64,000 bases of DNA from Candidatus Latescibacterota bacterium (GTDB lineage Bacteria; Latescibacterota; UBA2968; GCA-2709665): positions 4,608,001 to 4,672,000 of the forward strand of contig OZ220733.1 of NCBI GenBank assembly GCA_965116875.1, given 5' to 3'. Position 1 is the first letter of the stretch. Every line of letters begins with the position of its first letter. The notes under the pieces were generated by a model. The model saw only the letters and a program-made list of their open reading frames with translations, had not been told where the DNA came from and ran no database searches. A program made the position numbers and the translations under genes. Below, one piece after another: positions 60,367-64,000 of the stretch.

Positions 60367-61197
60367 ATGGACGATCAGTTCCTGAAGGGACGCGCCGCAA
60401 TTGTCACGGGGGGCGCGAGTGGACTTGGCAGGGCGATCGCGTTGCGCCTGGCGGGTCAGGGCGCCGACGTCTGCATCATGTCCTTGAGCAGCGAGCGCGT
60501 GAAACGGGTGAACAGCGAGGTGAAATATTTCGCGGACGTTGACGAGATCGAAGCAACCCGGGGTGAAATCCGGGAAACGGGGGTACGGTGCATCGGTCTG
60601 GACGGAGACGTAGGTTCCACAACGGACGTTGAGAACATGATCGGCCAGGCCATCGGGACCTTCGGCAGGTTGGATGTCCTGGTGAATAATGCGGCCACAA
60701 ATGTAATACATCCAATTCTCAACCACGACAATCGGGCGTGGAAGCGCGTGGTTGACGTGAATCTGTTCGGACCCTACCTGTGCGCCCGGTACGCACTTCC
60801 CCATATGATTGAAAACGGCTGGGGGCGTATCGTATCCATCGGCTCGACAAATTCCCATGTCGGCACGTCGAATTACAGTGCCTACGCGGCATCCAAACAT
60901 GGGTTGCTGGGGTTCAGCAGGTCTCTCGCGCTGGAAGCGGCTCCTCACGGCATAACGGCAAATACCGTCAGCCCGGCCACGATCGAGACGCCATCGGGGG
61001 AAATGCATCTTCAGCATTGGGCGGAAGACCAGGGTCTCTCGCCTGAAGCCATGCGCGGTGAGGTCATGAAATCCTATCCGCAGGGGAGATTCCTCCGACC
61101 TGAGGAAATCGCCGACCTGGTCGTCTATCTTTGCCGGGATGAAGCGCGTGGAATCAACGGGGAAGACATCCGCGTGACAACGGGCGCCATGTACTAA
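60367..61197 (+). CDS. Short-chain dehydrogenase/reductase
   Basis: TGGASGLG, NNAA and YAASK. Confidence 0.92.
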   Translation: MDDQFLKGRAAIVTGGASGLGRAIALRLAGQGADVCIMSLSSERVKRVNSEVKYFADVDEIEATRGEIRETGVRCIGLDGDVGSTTDVENMIGQAIGTFGRLDVLVNNAATNVIHPILNHDNRAWKRVVDVNLFGPYLCARYALPHMIENGWGRIVSIGSTNSHVGTSNYSAYAASKHGLLGFSRSLALEAAPHGITANTVSPATIETPSGEMHLQHWAEDQGLSPEAMRGEVMKSYPQGRFLRPEEIADLVVYLCRDEARGINGEDIRVTTGAMY

Positions 61198-61266
61198 GTG
61201 CAATGGGGTCGCGGAACGCGTTCCCGGCACGTCGTTGACACGGAGTCCGGCACGCAGGAGGTATTG

Positions 61267-62049
61267 ATGGACCTTGGGCTTAAGGGCCGCCGGGCACTGG
61301 TGACAGGCGGCAGCAAGGGCATCGGCCGTGCAATTGCACTGGAACTCGCACGGGAAGGCGCCAACCTTGCGATTTGCGCCCGTGGGGCCCGTATACTTGA
61401 AGAAACGGCGACAGCGCTCCGGGAGGAAACGAATGTCGACGTATTTGCCGACACTGCCGATGTAACGGAAAGCAGTGAGATCCGGGCGTTTGTGGAACGG
61501 GCCGCAGCCACACTGGGGGGCATGGACATTCTGGTGAATAACGCTGGCAGCGCGCTTCCCGGTACGTTTGAAGAGGTGGACGAGGTTTGCTGGCGAGCGG
61601 ACCTCGACGTGAAGCTGTTCGCGGCAATGCGCTGCGTGCGTGCCGCACTGCCCTTTCTGAAACAAAGCACGCAGGCAAGGATAATCAACATCAACTCCAT
61701 CGTCGGACGCCAGATCGCGCCGGAATACATCGCCAACAGCACGGACAGAGCGGCATGCCTGGCGTTCAGCAAAGGTCTTGCGGACAACCTTGCACAGTAC
61801 GGTGTTCTTGTCAACAGTGTGAATCCCGGCAACGTGAAGAGCCAGGCCTGGGGAAGTACGCTGGACTATTTCGCGCCGGACGCGGAACTGGAGGATTATT
61901 ACGCACAGGCAGGCCGGGAGACACCGCTGGGCAGGGTGGGGGAAGCGGACGAGATCGCGGCGGTGGTGACCTTTCTGGCGAGCAAACGCGCAAGCTACAT
62001 TACCGGAGCATCTATCGACGTCGACGGTGGGCTGGTGAGATACATTTAG
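61267..62049 (+). CDS. Short-chain dehydrogenase/reductase (atypical catalytic motif)
   Basis: TGGSKGIG, NNAG; YxxxK replaced by NSTDR. Confidence 0.9.
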   Translation: MDLGLKGRRALVTGGSKGIGRAIALELAREGANLAICARGARILEETATALREETNVDVFADTADVTESSEIRAFVERAAATLGGMDILVNNAGSALPGTFEEVDEVCWRADLDVKLFAAMRCVRAALPFLKQSTQARIININSIVGRQIAPEYIANSTDRAACLAFSKGLADNLAQYGVLVNSVNPGNVKSQAWGSTLDYFAPDAELEDYYAQAGRETPLGRVGEADEIAAVVTFLASKRASYITGASIDVDGGLVRYI

Positions 62050-62078
62050 CAGCCCGGATGGACGTTTCCAACGGGCTG
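62050..62078. repeat. Collapsed 29-bp element carrying MITE family A ends
   Basis: cagcccg ... tttccaacgggctg; the right end read on the minus strand is cagcccgttggaaa versus cagcccgttgaaaa at 825; flanks ttag / tttg. Confidence 0.55.
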
Positions 62079-62119
62079 TTTGGCCATTCCCTGAGAGTTC
62101 TGAAGCGAAGGCGTTCAAC

Positions 62120-64000
62120 TTGTCCAATCCCCGATTTGAGAAGTCGTCGCCCGTCCCGGGCCTCGGGCTGGAGGGCTACGCGGATGAAATAACCCTTCCC
62201 GCCGGAGCGCGTATCTCATTCAAACTGGGCGGGCCTCCGGGTGCAGCGGATGTGAACCTGTCGCGGCTGATCCATGGCGATCCGAATCCTCACGGGCCGG
62301 GTTACCGGGAGGAACGCGTGTCATGGGGGCAGCCGGATCGGGTTGAGGTTTCCGAACAGGCAACGGACTACGGTTCGTACGTAGAGATTCCCCACTCCGA
62401 TACCCTGAATCCGAAGGGTCCGTTTACCGTTGGGCTCTGGTACCAACCGACACTGGGCGGCGGCGGCTGGCGGGCCCTGGCCGTGAAGTGGACGCGCGAA
62501 AATCTGGGCTACGGGATTTTCTTCGCGGGTGAGCGCTTTCTTACGGCTGCGGTGTCTCATGACGGTATGACGGCGCAATGGGCAACAGCCAGAGAGAACA
62601 TCCACGTTGGCAACTGGCAATTCGTGGCGTTCTCGTACCGTCCTGACTCTGGTGAAATCCGTCTCTACCAACAGATCGGCGATACTGCGGGTGTCGTCGA
62701 AACCCGTTCGTCCCCCGATACGCTGAGTCTTTCGTCGAAAAAAATCCGGAAGGGTTCCGTGTTCGCGGGTAACGCGCCATTGCTGTTCGGCGCGTGCCGG
62801 GACCCCGATCGCGGCGCTTGCCACTGGGCACACTTCACGGGCAAGATTGCGCATCCCGTGATTCTCGGAGCCGCGCTCGATTCCGAAGCGGTCCGGGCGC
62901 TTGCAAACGGGCAGGATCCGTCAACACTCGGCCCCGTCGTTGGAAACTGGCATCTTGGCATGGACGTTACAGGCCCCAGGGTCGTCGATCTGTCTGACAA
63001 CCGAAACCACGGGGTAGCCGTCAATGCGCCGGGGCGTGCGGTGACGGGGCCGTTCTGGTCGGGAATGCCGTCCAGGCTCTATACGGATCGGCCCGATGAT
63101 TACAACGCGATCTACCTGCACGAAGACGACCTCGAAGATGCCGGGTGGCCGACGTCTTTCTCGGTTGACGTGCCATCCGACGCGAGGTCCGGCATATATA
63201 CACTGCGGGCCCGGTCCGGTTCGGACGCACTCTTCGTGCCGTTTATCGTTACATCGAGGACGCCGCGGTCCGAACTGGCCTGTCTGATTCCCACGTTGAC
63301 CTGGCAGGCATACGGAAGTAACCGCGCCGCGTACAGCTATACTGAAGACGGTGTCCTGGACCGTACGCTGTGCACCTACGACGTTCACAGCGACGGGTCG
63401 ATGGTTCATTATTACTCGCGCCTTCAACCCACCCGGGGATGGAATCCCGGCGCGGGATTCCAGAACTGGGGCGCGCACAACATTACGGCGAACCTCTACC
63501 TGATCGACTGGCTGGAGGCACTGGAATTCGAATACGAGGTGTTTGCGGACGAGGACCTTCATCGCGGGGGCGCCGATCTGCTCTCCGGCTATCGATGCGT
63601 GGTCCTGGGAAGTCATCCCGAATACCACACCGAAAACATGGTGGACAGCCTGGCGGCGTACGTGCGAAACGGGGGCCGTCTCGTCTATTTGAGCGGCAAT
63701 GGTTTGTACTGGGTGACGTCCATCGACGCCCGGCGGCCGCACCTGCTGGAACTTCGCCGGGGAGGAGAAGGCGACTACGGACCTGCGTACGATCCGGCGC
63801 CGGGGGAATCCCAACACAGTACGACACTGGAGCTGGGAGGTTTGTGGGCCCGGCGTGGACGACCGCCGCGACGGACGGTGGGCGTGGAACACGCATCCAA
63901 CGCCTGGATCGAATCCAACGCAAAACGGGGATTCCGGCGGCTTCCTTCAAGCAGGGACGCAAGATACGCCTGGGTATTCCACGGCGTCGGGGCGGACGAG
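62120..64000 (+). CDS. N,N-dimethylformamidase beta-subunit family protein with LamG-like domain (3' truncated; absent from ORF track)
   Basis: Hand translation, no stop seen: RLIHGDPNP.GPG, HFTGKI, RAVTG..W, HEDDLEDAGW, PTLTWQAY, YDVHSDGS, SHPEY, YLSGNGLYW; TTG start inferred. Confidence 0.85.
   Translation, partial: MSNPRFEKSSPVPGLGLEGYADEITLPAGARISFKLGGPPGAADVNLSRLIHGDPNPHGPGYREERVSWGQPDRVEVSEQATDYGSYVEIPHSDTLNPKGPFTVGLWYQPTLGGGGWRALAVKWTRENLGYGIFFAGERFLTAAVSHDGMTAQWATARENIHVGNWQFVAFSYRPDSGEIRLYQQIGDTAGVVETRSSPDTLSLSSKKIRKGSVFAGNAPLLFGACRDPDRGACHWAHFTGKIAHPVILGAALDSEAVRALANGQDPSTLGPVVGNWHLGMDVTGPRVVDLSDNRNHGVAVNAPGRAVTGPFWSGMPSRLYTDRPDDYNAIYLHEDDLEDAGWPTSFSVDVPSDARSGIYTLRARSGSDALFVPFIVTSRTPRSELACLIPTLTWQAYGSNRAAYSYTEDGVLDRTLCTYDVHSDGSMVHYYSRLQPTRGWNPGAGFQNWGAHNITANLYLIDWLEALEFEYEVFADEDLHRGGADLLSGYRCVVLGSHPEYHTENMVDSLAAYVRNGGRLVYLSGNGLYWVTSIDARRPHLLELRRGGEGDYGPAYDPAPGESQHSTTLELGGLWARRGRPPRRTVGVEHASNAWIESNAKRGFRRLPSSRDARYAWVFHGVGADE

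Noticed and set aside
60322-62127. 601-aa minus strand ORF
   Set aside because: Antisense shadow of two SDR genes, a common artefact
1-64000. CRISPR array, retron, DGR or defence system
   Set aside because: No regularly spaced direct repeats, and no reverse transcriptase, nuclease-effector or cas-like ORFs recognised

Overview
A GC-rich bacterial chromosomal segment with about 50 protein genes, two tRNAs (Gly-GCC, Arg-CCT), and no transposase, integrase, prophage or CRISPR array. Gene style suggests an FCB-group diderm such as Latescibacterota or Gemmatimonadota (inference from the Lpt genes, a T9SS/FlgD-like C-terminal domain and many orphan catabolic enzymes). The housekeeping block is apt, ruvX, mltG, pcrA, gatC, pyrG, lptCAB, rpoN and a HU/IHF gene. 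Two genes are mishandled by the ORF track: a selenocysteine formate dehydrogenase alpha subunit split at an in-frame TGA with a SECIS hairpin, and an N,N-dimethylformamidase-like gene that runs off the right edge. The most interesting leads are: (1) a homocysteine S-methyltransferase fused to a class I SAM methyltransferase inside a candidate C1/formamide cluster; (2) several families of miniature inverted-repeat elements sitting at stop codons; (3) a divergent HPPD/VOC-like protein; (4) a five-lamin-tail surface protein behind a sigma54/IHF promoter; (5) an archaeal/eukaryote-like CTP synthase; (6) a small SSB-like gene with a structured leader. All family calls come from motif recognition by eye, with no database searches.
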